Source of the DNA: an uncultured Spirochaetia bacterium
Lineage (GTDB): Bacteria > Desulfobacterota_D > UBA1144 > Nemesobacterales > JADFKM01
DNA: 64,000 nt
Assembly: GCA_964639895.1 (NCBI GenBank)
Contig: CAZXEJ010000004.1
Location: 1,033-65,032, forward strand
Reading direction: 5' to 3'
Part shown: positions 48,910 to 58,152 of the stretch, in pieces
Layout of the letters: each line of letters starts with the position of its first letter
Numbering within the stretch: position 1 is the first letter of the stretch
Made by a program: the position numbers and the translations under genes
The notes under the pieces: model-generated
Databases searched by the model: none
Seen by the model: only the letters and a program-made list of their open reading frames with translations
What the model was told of the DNA's origin: nothing

Positions 48910-49222
48910 CGCGGCTTTTTGAAAATCCATTCTCCATACGACAGGGTTCCCCTTCCGCTGAGCCGCCCGACGGCCTGCAGAAGGGGTTAAAAGGGAAGTC
49001 CGGTGAGAGTCCGGCGCAGCCCCGCTGCTGTGAGCAGGTGATGACCCGTCGCACGTAGCCACTGGAGCCTACCCCGAAGGGTTCTGGGAAGGCGCGGCGG
49101 GATGCCTGCGAGCCAGAATACCTGCCCGTCGTACGTCGTCGACTACTTTTTTCGAGGGGAAAAAGTACGATGGTCGCCACTGTCGAGACCGCCCTTGTCT
49201 TTTTCCCTGACAAGGGCGAAAC
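48910..49222 (+). promoter_or_regulatory. cobalamin (B12) riboswitch with an expression platform (RBS-sequestering hairpin)
   Basis: The aptamer core at 48987-49035 reads AAAAGGGAAGTCCGGTGAGAGTCCGGCGCAGCCCCGCTGCTGTGAGC. The B12 box GCCACTG is at 49056-49062, followed by …GGGAAGGC. A U6 tract lies at 49147-49152. The hairpin CCCTTGTC-…-GACAAGGG (49192-49216) pairs the AAGGG Shine-Dalgarno 7 nt before the btuB ATG. Confidence 0.85.
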
Positions 49223-51139
49223 ATGCTGAAACAGACTGCTGCACTACTGCTGGCCGCGGCGTCGCTGTGCGTGCTGTTCGCAGCCGTCGGCGCGGCGGGG
49301 GAGGAACCCCATCAGGAGGGTGTGCTCGCGCCGGTCGTGGTCGAGGCTCCCCGCGAAGAGGCTCCACTCGACGTGCCGACGGCGTTCTCGACCGTAATCG
49401 ACGTCGAACGGTTCGCGGGGGAGTTCAACACTACGGCGGAGCTTCTCTCGGCCACCCCCGGACTCCAGGTGCGCGACTTCGGCGGCTTCGGCCAGCTGAA
49501 GACGGTGTCGATCCGCGGCTCGGCCTCCAACCAGGTCGTCATACTGCTCGACGGGGTAAGGATATCGAGCCCCATGGGCGCAGGTGTGGACCTGTCCACG
49601 CTGCCTCTCGAGTACGTAGACAGGATCGAGATCGTGCGCGGCGGCGCCTCGGCACTGGTCGGTACCGACGCCATAGGGGGCGTAGTAAACGTCGTGACAC
49701 GGTCCGATTCGGCCCCCTTCACACGCGCCCGCCTGACGGTGGGCTCCTTCACCACCCTCTCGGCCGGCTTCACGCACTCGGGTCGGCTGGGCGGCGTGGG
49801 TTACCTGATATCCTACAACCATGCCCAGAGCCGCGGCGACTTCAGCTTCAAATCCATAAACGGCCTCGAGGTCGAGCGTATAAACAACGAGTTCCTCTCC
49901 GAGAGCCTTCTTGGGCGAGTGTCCGTCGAGACGTCGGGCGGCTGGAGGCTGACGGCGACGAGCGAGCTCTACTTCGACGACAAGGGCGTACCGGGGCTGG
50001 GCGAGTTCCAGGAGGACAGCTCCAACCAGCGCGACCTGCGCCTCCTGACCAGTCTAACCGCGGCCAAGGAGCGCTTCCCCTCGGCCGCCATGGACGCGCG
50101 CTTGACCCTGTATCACCGCCTCGACGTCCTAGAGTTCAAGGACCCCGAGCCCACGCTCGGGGTACCGCTCGATACGCTGAGCCGCATGCACACGGTGGCA
50201 GCCAACCCGGTGCTCACGTGGTACGCCCCCTTCGGCCAGACCGTCACCGTGGGGACCGAACTGAGGGGCGAGGTGCTGAGGGACGACGACTTCTCCAACC
50301 CGAGCCGCCTCACCTGGAGCCTCTACGCATCCGACGAGGTGCCCCTTCTGGACGACCAGATAACGCTGCTCCCCCTTGCCCGGTTCGATCTCTTCACCAC
50401 CTACGGCCCCTCCGACTCCACAGACGCCGCACTCTCGCCCAAGCTCGGCCTCATAGTGAGACCCCGGCGGGTGCGGCACCTTGCGTTCAAGGCCAACGTC
50501 GGAAAGTCGTTCCGGGCACCAGGCTTCGGCGAGCTCTTCCTGCCCGAACGGGGGTTCATCGGAGGCAACCCCGACCTCCACAACGAGAGATCGATCGACT
50601 TCGACACGGGCGTATCGCTCACCTACCCCCGCCTCTCGCTCACCGTCGACTACTTCCACAATCGCGTGCGCGACCTCATCGCCTTCGTCTTCGTGAGCGC
50701 AAACCGCATCGAGCCCCGCAACATAGGACTCGTCGTCGAGCAGGGCCTCGAGGCCGAGCTAGCGCTCCGTCCGGCGGAGTTCCTGGGGGTCACGGCGTCC
50801 TACACCTTCCTTGACGGCGAGGCCCGCGACACGGGAGCACAGCTTCCGGGCAGGGCCCGCAACACGTTCGACCTCAGAGCCGAGCTCGACCACACGCCGT
50901 TTCGCCTCTACTGGGAGACCCATTTCGTCGACGAGATACCCTTGACCCCGTTTCCCGGCTCTCGCACCACGGAGGCGCGCACCACTCACGACGTGGGCCT
51001 GCGGCTGGAGTGGAGGAAGTGGTACGTCACGGCCGAGGTCAAAAACCTTCTCGACAACAAAAACGTAAGGGACGCGTTCGACTTCCCCCTGCCGGGCGTG
51101 CAATGGTACGTGACGGCGGGGATGAAGATTCGACCGTGA
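49223..51139 (+). CDS. btuB: TonB-dependent outer-membrane receptor (BtuB-like cobalamin receptor)
   Basis: Signal peptide, a TonB-box region (…APVVVEA…), a plug domain (…DVERFAGEFNTTAELLSATPGLQVRDFGGFGQ…SIRGSASNQVVILLDGVRISSPM…) and a C-terminal barrel ending …YVTAGMKIRP. It sits directly behind the B12 riboswitch. Confidence 0.85.
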   Translation: MLKQTAALLLAAASLCVLFAAVGAAGEEPHQEGVLAPVVVEAPREEAPLDVPTAFSTVIDVERFAGEFNTTAELLSATPGLQVRDFGGFGQLKTVSIRGSASNQVVILLDGVRISSPMGAGVDLSTLPLEYVDRIEIVRGGASALVGTDAIGGVVNVVTRSDSAPFTRARLTVGSFTTLSAGFTHSGRLGGVGYLISYNHAQSRGDFSFKSINGLEVERINNEFLSESLLGRVSVETSGGWRLTATSELYFDDKGVPGLGEFQEDSSNQRDLRLLTSLTAAKERFPSAAMDARLTLYHRLDVLEFKDPEPTLGVPLDTLSRMHTVAANPVLTWYAPFGQTVTVGTELRGEVLRDDDFSNPSRLTWSLYASDEVPLLDDQITLLPLARFDLFTTYGPSDSTDAALSPKLGLIVRPRRVRHLAFKANVGKSFRAPGFGELFLPERGFIGGNPDLHNERSIDFDTGVSLTYPRLSLTVDYFHNRVRDLIAFVFVSANRIEPRNIGLVVEQGLEAELALRPAEFLGVTASYTFLDGEARDTGAQLPGRARNTFDLRAELDHTPFRLYWETHFVDEIPLTPFPGSRTTEARTTHDVGLRLEWRKWYVTAEVKNLLDNKNVRDAFDFPLPGVQWYVTAGMKIRP

Positions 51140-51178
51140 AAAACCACTACACCATAACAGTAAGGAGGTACAAAACAG

Positions 51179-52699
51179 ATGGCACGAACTATGGCGACTC
51201 TATGGGCGGTGGTCCTGTTGTTGGGAACGCTGGCCGCCTCGTGTAATTCCGACGGTGGAGGCGCGCAGGAGAGCTTCATACCCTCGGGCCAAATAGCGGC
51301 CGTGGCACGCTCGAGCTCGGCCGACCGCATCGTGGTGGGCGGTACGCCCGGTACGGCCCCCGCCGGCGCGGAGGTCGTGGTGACCGATCTCGACACCGGG
51401 GAGACGATCCAGACAACGGCCGACGACGACGGGAGCTTCACCGTGGAGTTCGGGGTGGGAGGAGGCGGCGGGACCTCGCTTGCCTCTCTCTCGGGTGCCT
51501 CAACGTCGGATCTGTTCAGGGTCGAGATACCGGCCGACGGCACCGACGTCACCGTGGGTGTGACGTTGCTCGATGCGGCCGTCTCGCGCGGCATACGCCC
51601 CGTGGGCAGCGTGCCCAGCGACCTTGAGATGCACGACGGCAGGCTCTACGTGGTAAACGGATTCTCGGACAACGTCGAGGTCCACGACCTCTCCACCTTC
51701 CCTCCCACCTTCGTGGGCACCATAACGCTGCCGCTCGGCCAGGATCCGGTGTCCATAACCTTTCTGGGCGGCGGCAAGGCGGCCGTGGCCAACCTGGTGG
51801 GCCAGAGCGTTGCTATCGTCGACCTCGATACGCTCGAGTGCGATACGCTGATCTCGGCGGTCGAGACCGACCCCACTCCCTGCGGCGAGCTCGTTCTGCT
51901 CCCCGGAGCGTTTGACGACCCTTCCGGTGTGGTCAAGGCGGCCGGGAAGCTGTTCGTCACCAACGACAACCTAGGCCCCGACTTCAACCCCAACGGCAAC
52001 GGTTTTGTCACCGTGCTCGACGCCAACACCTACGAGGTCCTCGATATCATCGATTCCTCGGGTGCCAACTCCGGCTATCCCACCCTTCACGGGGGCGACG
52101 TTTGGGTGCTCAACAGCGGCAACGTCCTGTTCGATTTCGATACGTTCACCTTCTCGTGCGACGAGGCCTTCCCGCCTTCGCTCGACGTCATAGACCCATT
52201 CACCCTGGAGACGGTACGCACCATACCCATGCCGCTCAGTGCGGCAAATCCCATGTCCTGCCTACCGGTCTCGTTCGCCGTCACCCCCGACGGCCGACAC
52301 GCCTATTTGGGGCTGGGCCTTACGGCCGAGGTGGTCAAGGTGGACATGGCCGACGGAGTGCTCGAAGCGGGCCTCGACAACCCCATCGTGATCACCGAAC
52401 CGGGCGAGTTCAACCTCGTCTCGGACATCGTGATCGCACCCGGGGGCTTGGCGTTCCTCGCCCTATTCAACACGGACGAGATAGCCACCCTCGACACGCT
52501 CACCGATACGCCCAACCCATTCCCCTTCATCGACCCGATTCCGGCCGGGCTCAAGGCCGACGACCCGTCGTCGCCTTTCTTCGAAGGGGTGCAGTACTTG
52601 GCGCTCGCGCCCGATGGGGTGTTCCCCGACCTCTACTTCGTAACCGGCATAAGCGAACAGCTGGGCGCGCTCGACACGAGCCTCATCCTGGCCCCCTAG
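51179..52699 (+). CDS. surface lipoprotein with an Ig-like N-terminal domain and a YVTN-type beta-propeller (candidate BtuG-like cobalamin-capture protein)
   Basis: Lipobox LAASC after the signal peptide. It shows repeated blade-like segments (…LYVVNGFSDNVEVHDL…, …KLFVTNDNLGPDF…, …GDVWVLNSGNV…, …RHAYLGLGLTAEVVKVD…), and lies between btuB and btuF. Confidence 0.5.
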   Translation: MARTMATLWAVVLLLGTLAASCNSDGGGAQESFIPSGQIAAVARSSSADRIVVGGTPGTAPAGAEVVVTDLDTGETIQTTADDDGSFTVEFGVGGGGGTSLASLSGASTSDLFRVEIPADGTDVTVGVTLLDAAVSRGIRPVGSVPSDLEMHDGRLYVVNGFSDNVEVHDLSTFPPTFVGTITLPLGQDPVSITFLGGGKAAVANLVGQSVAIVDLDTLECDTLISAVETDPTPCGELVLLPGAFDDPSGVVKAAGKLFVTNDNLGPDFNPNGNGFVTVLDANTYEVLDIIDSSGANSGYPTLHGGDVWVLNSGNVLFDFDTFTFSCDEAFPPSLDVIDPFTLETVRTIPMPLSAANPMSCLPVSFAVTPDGRHAYLGLGLTAEVVKVDMADGVLEAGLDNPIVITEPGEFNLVSDIVIAPGGLAFLALFNTDEIATLDTLTDTPNPFPFIDPIPAGLKADDPSSPFFEGVQYLALAPDGVFPDLYFVTGISEQLGALDTSLILAP

Positions 52700-52810
52700 C
52701 CGCCTTGCTTTGTCGCATCGATGGGTTAAAGTAATCGTATGCGGGAAGGCTCCTCCCCATGTGCCGGGGGGGCCGCCCGCGTGCGATCTTCCCCCGAACG
52801 CCTAGAGGCC

Positions 52811-53755
52811 ATGCGCATCTGCTCCTTCATACCCAGCGCCACCGAGATACTGTTCGCCCTCGGCGCCGGGGACGACGTCGTGGGCGTTACGCACGAGTGC
52901 GACTACCCGCCCGAGGCGGCCACACGCCCCAAGGTCGTCCGCAGCCGCTTCGACCCCAAGGCCATGGATGCGGCCTCCGTCGACGCCCTGGTCCGCCGCT
53001 TCGCTCGCGAGGGCATGAGCCCCTACCGCGTGGACGTCGAGCTGCTGCGGAGGCTCCGGCCCGACGTCGTCGTAACCCAGGACGTATGCGACGTCTGCGC
53101 CCTCTCGGCCGGCGAGACGATGCGGGCCCTGGAGGCGCTCGAGACCAAGCCCACCGTGATAAGCCTCCATCCGCACGACCTGGACGGCATACTCGAGACT
53201 GTACTCATTTTGGGCGAGGCCGTGGGCAGAGGGGTGAGGGCGCGCCGGCTGGTGGACTCACTCAAGGAGAGGATCGCTGCCGTGGCACGGCGTCTCCAGG
53301 ACGAGAAGGACAGGCCGCGCGTGGTGGCCCTCGAGTGGCTCGACCCTCCATACGTGGCCGGCCACTGGGTACCCGAGATGGTCGAGACCGCCGGCGGTGA
53401 GCACGGCCTGGTCGGCAAGGGCGAGCCCTCGGTCAGGGTGGAATGGGAGGCCGTGGTCGACTACGCCCCACAGGTCGTATTGATAGCCGTCTGCGGCTAC
53501 GACGTCGAGCGGACGATGGCCGAGATAGAGGCCCTCACGCAGAGGCCGGGGTGGTTCACGCTGCCCGCCGTGAAGAAGGGGCAGGTCTACGTGATGAACG
53601 CAAACGCATACTTCAGCAGGCCGGCACCCCGCGTAGTGGACGGGCTCGAGATCACGGCTCACGTGCTCCATCCAGAGGGATCCGAGTACACGCCGCCTCC
53701 CGATGCGGTCATCAACCTCAGGAACTACCTCCACCTCCAGCACTGGCTCGGCTGA
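52811..53755 (+). CDS. btuF: periplasmic cobalamin-binding protein (BtuF-like, class III SBP)
   Basis: Motifs (…RICSFIPSATEILFALGAGDDVVGVTHECDYP… and …VVTQDVCDVC…) are typical of the BtuF/FhuD cluster. I chose the start at MRICSF; no signal peptide is evident, so the true start may lie further upstream in the same frame, which opens at 52739. Confidence 0.7.
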   Translation: MRICSFIPSATEILFALGAGDDVVGVTHECDYPPEAATRPKVVRSRFDPKAMDAASVDALVRRFAREGMSPYRVDVELLRRLRPDVVVTQDVCDVCALSAGETMRALEALETKPTVISLHPHDLDGILETVLILGEAVGRGVRARRLVDSLKERIAAVARRLQDEKDRPRVVALEWLDPPYVAGHWVPEMVETAGGEHGLVGKGEPSVRVEWEAVVDYAPQVVLIAVCGYDVERTMAEIEALTQRPGWFTLPAVKKGQVYVMNANAYFSRPAPRVVDGLEITAHVLHPEGSEYTPPPDAVINLRNYLHLQHWLG

Positions 53756-53866
53756 GTGCGGCCCGCGGGGGAGAGAGAGGAACGGCAGAGGCACGCCCGA
53801 ATGCAACGGCCGGGAATGCGGCCGTGGCGCAAGTGGAAGAACGACGCCCGCAGAGAGGTGGCATGA

Positions 53867-54367
53867 ATGCTCGAGAGATTCAAGAAGTGGCTTCAAATAG
53901 GACGGCGGTCCCGGGACGGCGTCCCGCTCGAGCTTACACCCGAGGTGGAGCTGGAGCTCTCGCACATAGCCTCGGGGCTGGTGGCCGAACTGACCGACGG
54001 CGAGGCCGTGCTCATATACAAGGGCACCCCGTCCGAAGCCGACCGCGCGCTGGTCCGAAGCCGGCGCGTCGTCATCGAGGCCGAGGCCCTGCCGCGCGAG
54101 GAGTTCCCAGCCATAAGGCTGGGGCTCAGGTTCGACCTCGGAGAAGGGCGCGCGCCGGCCGCGCTCGACTACATGGCGTCCGCCGACTCACCGGAGGAGA
54201 CGGCGTTTCTCCGCGCCCTCCTCTCCACGGGGCGTCTGAAACTGGTCTTCATCGAGGCGGAAGGGGGCGTGAGGGCCGGGACCGTGGTGCTCGGCCCCCC
54301 GCAATTGGAGGCGCTCGAGCGGGCACTGCGGGAGGCCGGGGCGGGAGGCGGCCCGCGCCCACGGTGA
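53867..54367 (+). CDS. hypothetical protein (166 aa)
   Basis: The ORF has a GAGGTGG RBS. I recognise no family. Confidence 0.45.
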   Translation: MLERFKKWLQIGRRSRDGVPLELTPEVELELSHIASGLVAELTDGEAVLIYKGTPSEADRALVRSRRVVIEAEALPREEFPAIRLGLRFDLGEGRAPAALDYMASADSPEETAFLRALLSTGRLKLVFIEAEGGVRAGTVVLGPPQLEALERALREAGAGGGPRPR

Positions 54368-54414
54368 GGGCGCACAGGCACCCGGCCGTTGGGGGGGTGG
54401 GTCGGGCGGCACCA

Positions 54415-54443
54415 TTGACAACCCTTGAGCCATGCCTGATAAT
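54415..54443 (+). promoter_or_regulatory. promoter TTGACA-N17-GATAAT for fabH
   Basis: Hexamers at 54415-54420 and 54438-54443, with the fabH TTG start 38 nt downstream. Confidence 0.4.
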
Positions 54444-54481
54444 AAAACCCACTGATTACCCCACTGAGGATACGTTCCGCG

Positions 54482-55459
54482 TTGAGCTACGCAAAGATCG
54501 CGGGGACCGGTTCCTACGTACCGGAACGGGTTCTCACCAACCACGACTTCGAGAACATCGTCGACACCTCGGACGAGTGGATACGCACGCGCACGGGAAT
54601 CGTCGAGCGTCACATCGCCGACGAGAACACCGCCACCTCCGACATGGCTTATGAGGCCGCCCTCAGGGCGCTCGAGGCGGCGGCCGTCGACCCCGTCGAT
54701 CTGGATGGAATCATACTTGCCACCGTCACCCCCGACTATTTCTTCCCCGCCACGGCCTGCCTCGTCCAGGGGCGGCTCGGGGCGAAGAAGGCGTTCGGCT
54801 ACGACCTCTCGGCCGGCTGCTCGGGCTTCGTCTACGGGCTGCAGATGGCCAAGGGGCTCATCGAGTGCGGCGACGCGCGCCACGTCCTCGTCATCGGGGC
54901 CGAGACGATGTCGCGCATAATGGACTTCACCGACAGGGCCACCTGTGTGCTGTTCGGCGACGGCGCCGGGGCGGCCGTCGTGAGCCGCTCGGGAACGGAA
55001 GGGATACTCTCACTCTGCCTTGGAGCAGACGGAGGCCAGTGGGAGCTCCTCTACATGCCGGCCGGCGGCTCGCGCATCCCCCCCTCCGAAAAGAGCGTCC
55101 GGGAGAGGCTCCACTACATAAAGATGAAGGGCAACGACGTCTTCAAGGAGGCCGTAAAGGCGATGGAGTACGCCTCGGTGGCCGCTCTGAAGAAGGCCTC
55201 GCTCACGGGCGAGGACATAGACCTCTTCATCCCCCACCAGGCCAACCGTCGCATAATGGAGGCGGTGAGAAAGCGCCTCGGAATTCCGAGTGAACGCGTC
55301 TACGTGAACGTCGACAAGTACGGCAACACCTCAGCCGCATCGGTGCCGCTTGCGCTCGATGAAGCCGTGAGGGACGGCACCATCGAGCGGGGCCACACGG
55401 TGCTTTTCTCCGTCTTCGGCGCCGGCTTTACGTGGGCCTCAGGCATCGTGAGGTTCTGA
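54482..55459 (+). CDS. fabH: 3-oxoacyl-[ACP] synthase III
   Basis: Active-site Cys (…DLSAGCSGFVYGL…), His/Asn (…IPHQANRRI…, …YGNTSAASVPLAL…) and the signature GTGSYVP. The apparent start is TTG (LSYAKIAGTG…). Confidence 0.9.
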   Translation: MSYAKIAGTGSYVPERVLTNHDFENIVDTSDEWIRTRTGIVERHIADENTATSDMAYEAALRALEAAAVDPVDLDGIILATVTPDYFFPATACLVQGRLGAKKAFGYDLSAGCSGFVYGLQMAKGLIECGDARHVLVIGAETMSRIMDFTDRATCVLFGDGAGAAVVSRSGTEGILSLCLGADGGQWELLYMPAGGSRIPPSEKSVRERLHYIKMKGNDVFKEAVKAMEYASVAALKKASLTGEDIDLFIPHQANRRIMEAVRKRLGIPSERVYVNVDKYGNTSAASVPLALDEAVRDGTIERGHTVLFSVFGAGFTWASGIVRF

Positions 55460-55723
55460 TCCCACCACACCCCGAGCCGGACGCCGTCCGCCCACCCCAT
55501 CCCGGACCCCTTAACGAGGCCCTCGCCAACCCGAGCCGGGCGCTGCAATCCACCATACCGCCACACGGCCGGTGCGGAGCAGCAACGTAGCCGTAGCGAC
55601 CCCCCCCCTCCACACCGTCCCCCCACCCCGCGGGAAGGGACACCCACGCCTTCCATCGGGCCGGGCCGGCGGGGGAACCCGCTGCTGGGGATTGATTTGC
55701 ACCCGCCTGCGCATATACAATAG

Positions 55724-57094
55724 GTGACCATGTGCAGAATAACCCTCGACTACACGCCGCTTGCCTCCGGGACGGAGCCCTTTACGCCCCGTCGCATCGC
55801 GCGCCTCGAGAGGGAGGCCGCAGCGGCGCTCAGGAAGCTCAAGGGAATGCGCCGGCGCGGCAAGGCGGGCTTTCTCGAGCTTCCGTGCGCCTCGACGGCC
55901 GCCCTCTGGCGCAGGGTACGCTCCTCGAGGACCGATGGGGTGGACGCCGTCATCGTGCTGGGCATAGGGGGCTCCTCGCTCGGCACGCTGGCCATAAGGG
56001 AAGCCCTGCTCGCCCCCTGCTGGAATTCTCTCTCCACGGCCGAGCGTGGCGGCCTGCCCCGGCTCTACGTGCTGGACAACATCGACCCGCACCGCTTCCT
56101 CGCCTGTCTGGAGCGGCTCGACCTCTCGAGCACGCTCGTCAACGTGGTGAGCAAGTCGGGCGGGACGGCCGAGACGGCGGCCCAGTTCCTGGTGGTAAAG
56201 GATATGGTGGAGCGTGCCGTGGGCGATTCCTGGCCCGCACGGTTCGTCATAACAACCGCCCCAGGCTCCAACCCGCTGCGGCGCATAGCGCGCCGACACC
56301 GCATCCCGACGCTGACCATACCACCCGGCGTGGGAGGCCGCTACTCGGTCCTAAGCGCCGTGGGGCTGTTCCCGGCGGCACTCTGCGGTGTAGACGTCCG
56401 GGGGCTGCTCCGGGGGGCCGCAAACATGGCGGCCGTCTGCTTGAGCGAGGACCCGGCGAGAAACATGGCCCTAAAGCTCTGCACTTACTACGTCCTCTCA
56501 TATATGCGCGGCCGGCGCGTGACCGTCCTCATGCCCTATTCGGAGCGCCTGCGCGGCGTGGCGATGTGGTTCAGGCAACTCTGGGCCGAGAGCCTCGGCA
56601 AGCGACCCCGCGGCCGCGGTCAAGGCGTGGGGCCGACGCCCGTCGTGGCCATGGGGGCGACCGACCAGCACTCACAACTCCAGCTCTACCTGGACGGGCC
56701 CGACGACAAGACGTTCACCTTCCTCGAGGTGGAGCGACCGGGGGCGGACGTCGAGATACCGCGCTCGCTCGAAGAGGAGTCGTTCTCCTACCTCTGGCAC
56801 AACACGATGGGTGATCTGCTCGAGGCCGAGATGGCGGCCACGCGGCGCACACTGGAGAGGCGCGGCAGGCCGTGCGTGGCGCTAAGGCTCTCGAGCGTGC
56901 GCGCCGAGACACTGGGGGCGCTGTTCTTCTTGTTCGAGACGGTGACGGCGCTTGCAGGCTACGTGCTTGGCGTAGACCCATTCGATCAGCCCGCCGTCGA
57001 TGAGGGCAAGAAGACGGCCCGCAAGCTGCTCGCCGTCGGAGCCCGCCCCCAGCCGACCGAGGGTACGAAACTCATGGAGTGTGTGGTGGGCTAG
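55724..57094 (+). CDS. pgi: glucose-6-phosphate isomerase (short bacterial/archaeal-type SIS PGI)
   Basis: VLGIGGSSLG, SKSGGTAET and GGRYSVLSAVGL motifs; 456 aa. Confidence 0.85.
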   Translation: MTMCRITLDYTPLASGTEPFTPRRIARLEREAAAALRKLKGMRRRGKAGFLELPCASTAALWRRVRSSRTDGVDAVIVLGIGGSSLGTLAIREALLAPCWNSLSTAERGGLPRLYVLDNIDPHRFLACLERLDLSSTLVNVVSKSGGTAETAAQFLVVKDMVERAVGDSWPARFVITTAPGSNPLRRIARRHRIPTLTIPPGVGGRYSVLSAVGLFPAALCGVDVRGLLRGAANMAAVCLSEDPARNMALKLCTYYVLSYMRGRRVTVLMPYSERLRGVAMWFRQLWAESLGKRPRGRGQGVGPTPVVAMGATDQHSQLQLYLDGPDDKTFTFLEVERPGADVEIPRSLEEESFSYLWHNTMGDLLEAEMAATRRTLERRGRPCVALRLSSVRAETLGALFFLFETVTALAGYVLGVDPFDQPAVDEGKKTARKLLAVGARPQPTEGTKLMECVVG

Positions 57095-57252
57095 CACACC
57101 GCCGCGGGAAGGGGGGCGGCATGCAGCCGCACGGCGCAGGGCGGACGCATGGAGGCCGCCCCGGGCCGTGCCCGCTTTCGCACGCACCCCGGCTGCTGGT
57201 ATATTTCCCTTCCGGCGGCACGATCCTACGGGGCGGGGCGCACGCCGGGCCA

Positions 57253-58152
57253 CAGCTGGGAGGTAGCACAGCCATTCTCATTCACATAGCCGACATAGTC
57301 CTTCCCGTGTTCATCGTCGTAGCGGCAGGGTTCCTGTTCGGCAAGGTGCGCCGCCTCGACCTCACCCCCATAAACGACTTTGTCATCTACGTATCGACCC
57401 CCTGCCTCATCGTATCGTCGCTGTCCAGGAACCCCATCGAGGGGGGCCTGATCGGCAAGGTGTTCCTGAGCGTCGCCCTGGTGGTGGGAGTGTCGCTTGC
57501 CGCCGGCTACGTCGTGGTGCGCGCGCTGGGGCTGCGCCAGGACGTCTACCTGCCGCCGGTGGCCTTCGCCAACACGGGCAACATGGGGCTTCCGCTCGTC
57601 CTCTTCGCCTTCGGTGATGCGGGCTTCAACGCTGGAATCCTCTACATGGTCGGGATGACGGTCGTACACTACACGGTGGGGGTGGCGATCCTGAGCTTCG
57701 ACGTAAGCCGCTTCGAGGTCTTCAAGCTGCCGCTTCTCTACGCGGCCGCCCTGGGGATTGTGCTGAGCCTCGGCTCCTGGCACCTGCCCGGCCCGCTGTT
57801 TGACGCCGTCGACCTTCTGGGCGAGGCCACCATCCCGACGATGATCTTCTCCCTGGGCTACAAGCTCTCCGAGGCGACGCTCGAAGACATGGGCAGATCG
57901 TTCCTGCTGGGCGCACTGCGCATAGTGACGGGAGCCGCGGCCGGAGCCGCGGCCGCGGCGTTGCTCGGGCTGGGAGGCGCGGTGCGGGGAGTTGTGATGC
58001 TCGACGCCGCGATGCCGCCTGCGGTGTTCAACTTCGTCCTCGCCGAGAAGTACGGCAAGGATTCCAAGGCCGTGGCCTCGGTCATAATGGCGGGCACTCT
58101 GCTTTCGCTCGCCACGACCCCTCTCATACTTCTCTACCTGCTGGGGGGCTAG
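57253..58152 (+). CDS. AEC-family (auxin efflux carrier / MdcF-like) membrane transporter with an uncertain start codon
   Basis: The protein has about 10 TM helices. Its N-terminus (…ILIHIADIVLPVFIVVAAGFLFG…) matches the conserved AEC start, but there is no in-frame ATG/GTG/TTG nearby. GGGAGG at 57256-57261 is followed by an in-frame ATT at 57274 (CTG at 57253). Confidence 0.65.
   Translation, partial: QLGGSTAILIHIADIVLPVFIVVAAGFLFGKVRRLDLTPINDFVIYVSTPCLIVSSLSRNPIEGGLIGKVFLSVALVVGVSLAAGYVVVRALGLRQDVYLPPVAFANTGNMGLPLVLFAFGDAGFNAGILYMVGMTVVHYTVGVAILSFDVSRFEVFKLPLLYAAALGIVLSLGSWHLPGPLFDAVDLLGEATIPTMIFSLGYKLSEATLEDMGRSFLLGALRIVTGAAAGAAAAALLGLGGAVRGVVMLDAAMPPAVFNFVLAEKYGKDSKAVASVIMAGTLLSLATTPLILLYLLGG

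Noticed and set aside
48987-49035. GGGAAGTCCGG… initially looked like the RNase P RNA P4 region
   Set aside because: The following B12 box GCCACTG…GGGAAGGC, the CCCCGC…CTGT core and the downstream btuB identify it as a cobalamin riboswitch.
49102-50814. 570-aa off-frame ORF across the riboswitch and btuB
   Set aside because: It is R/G/P-rich junk. The aptamer and btuB are clear.
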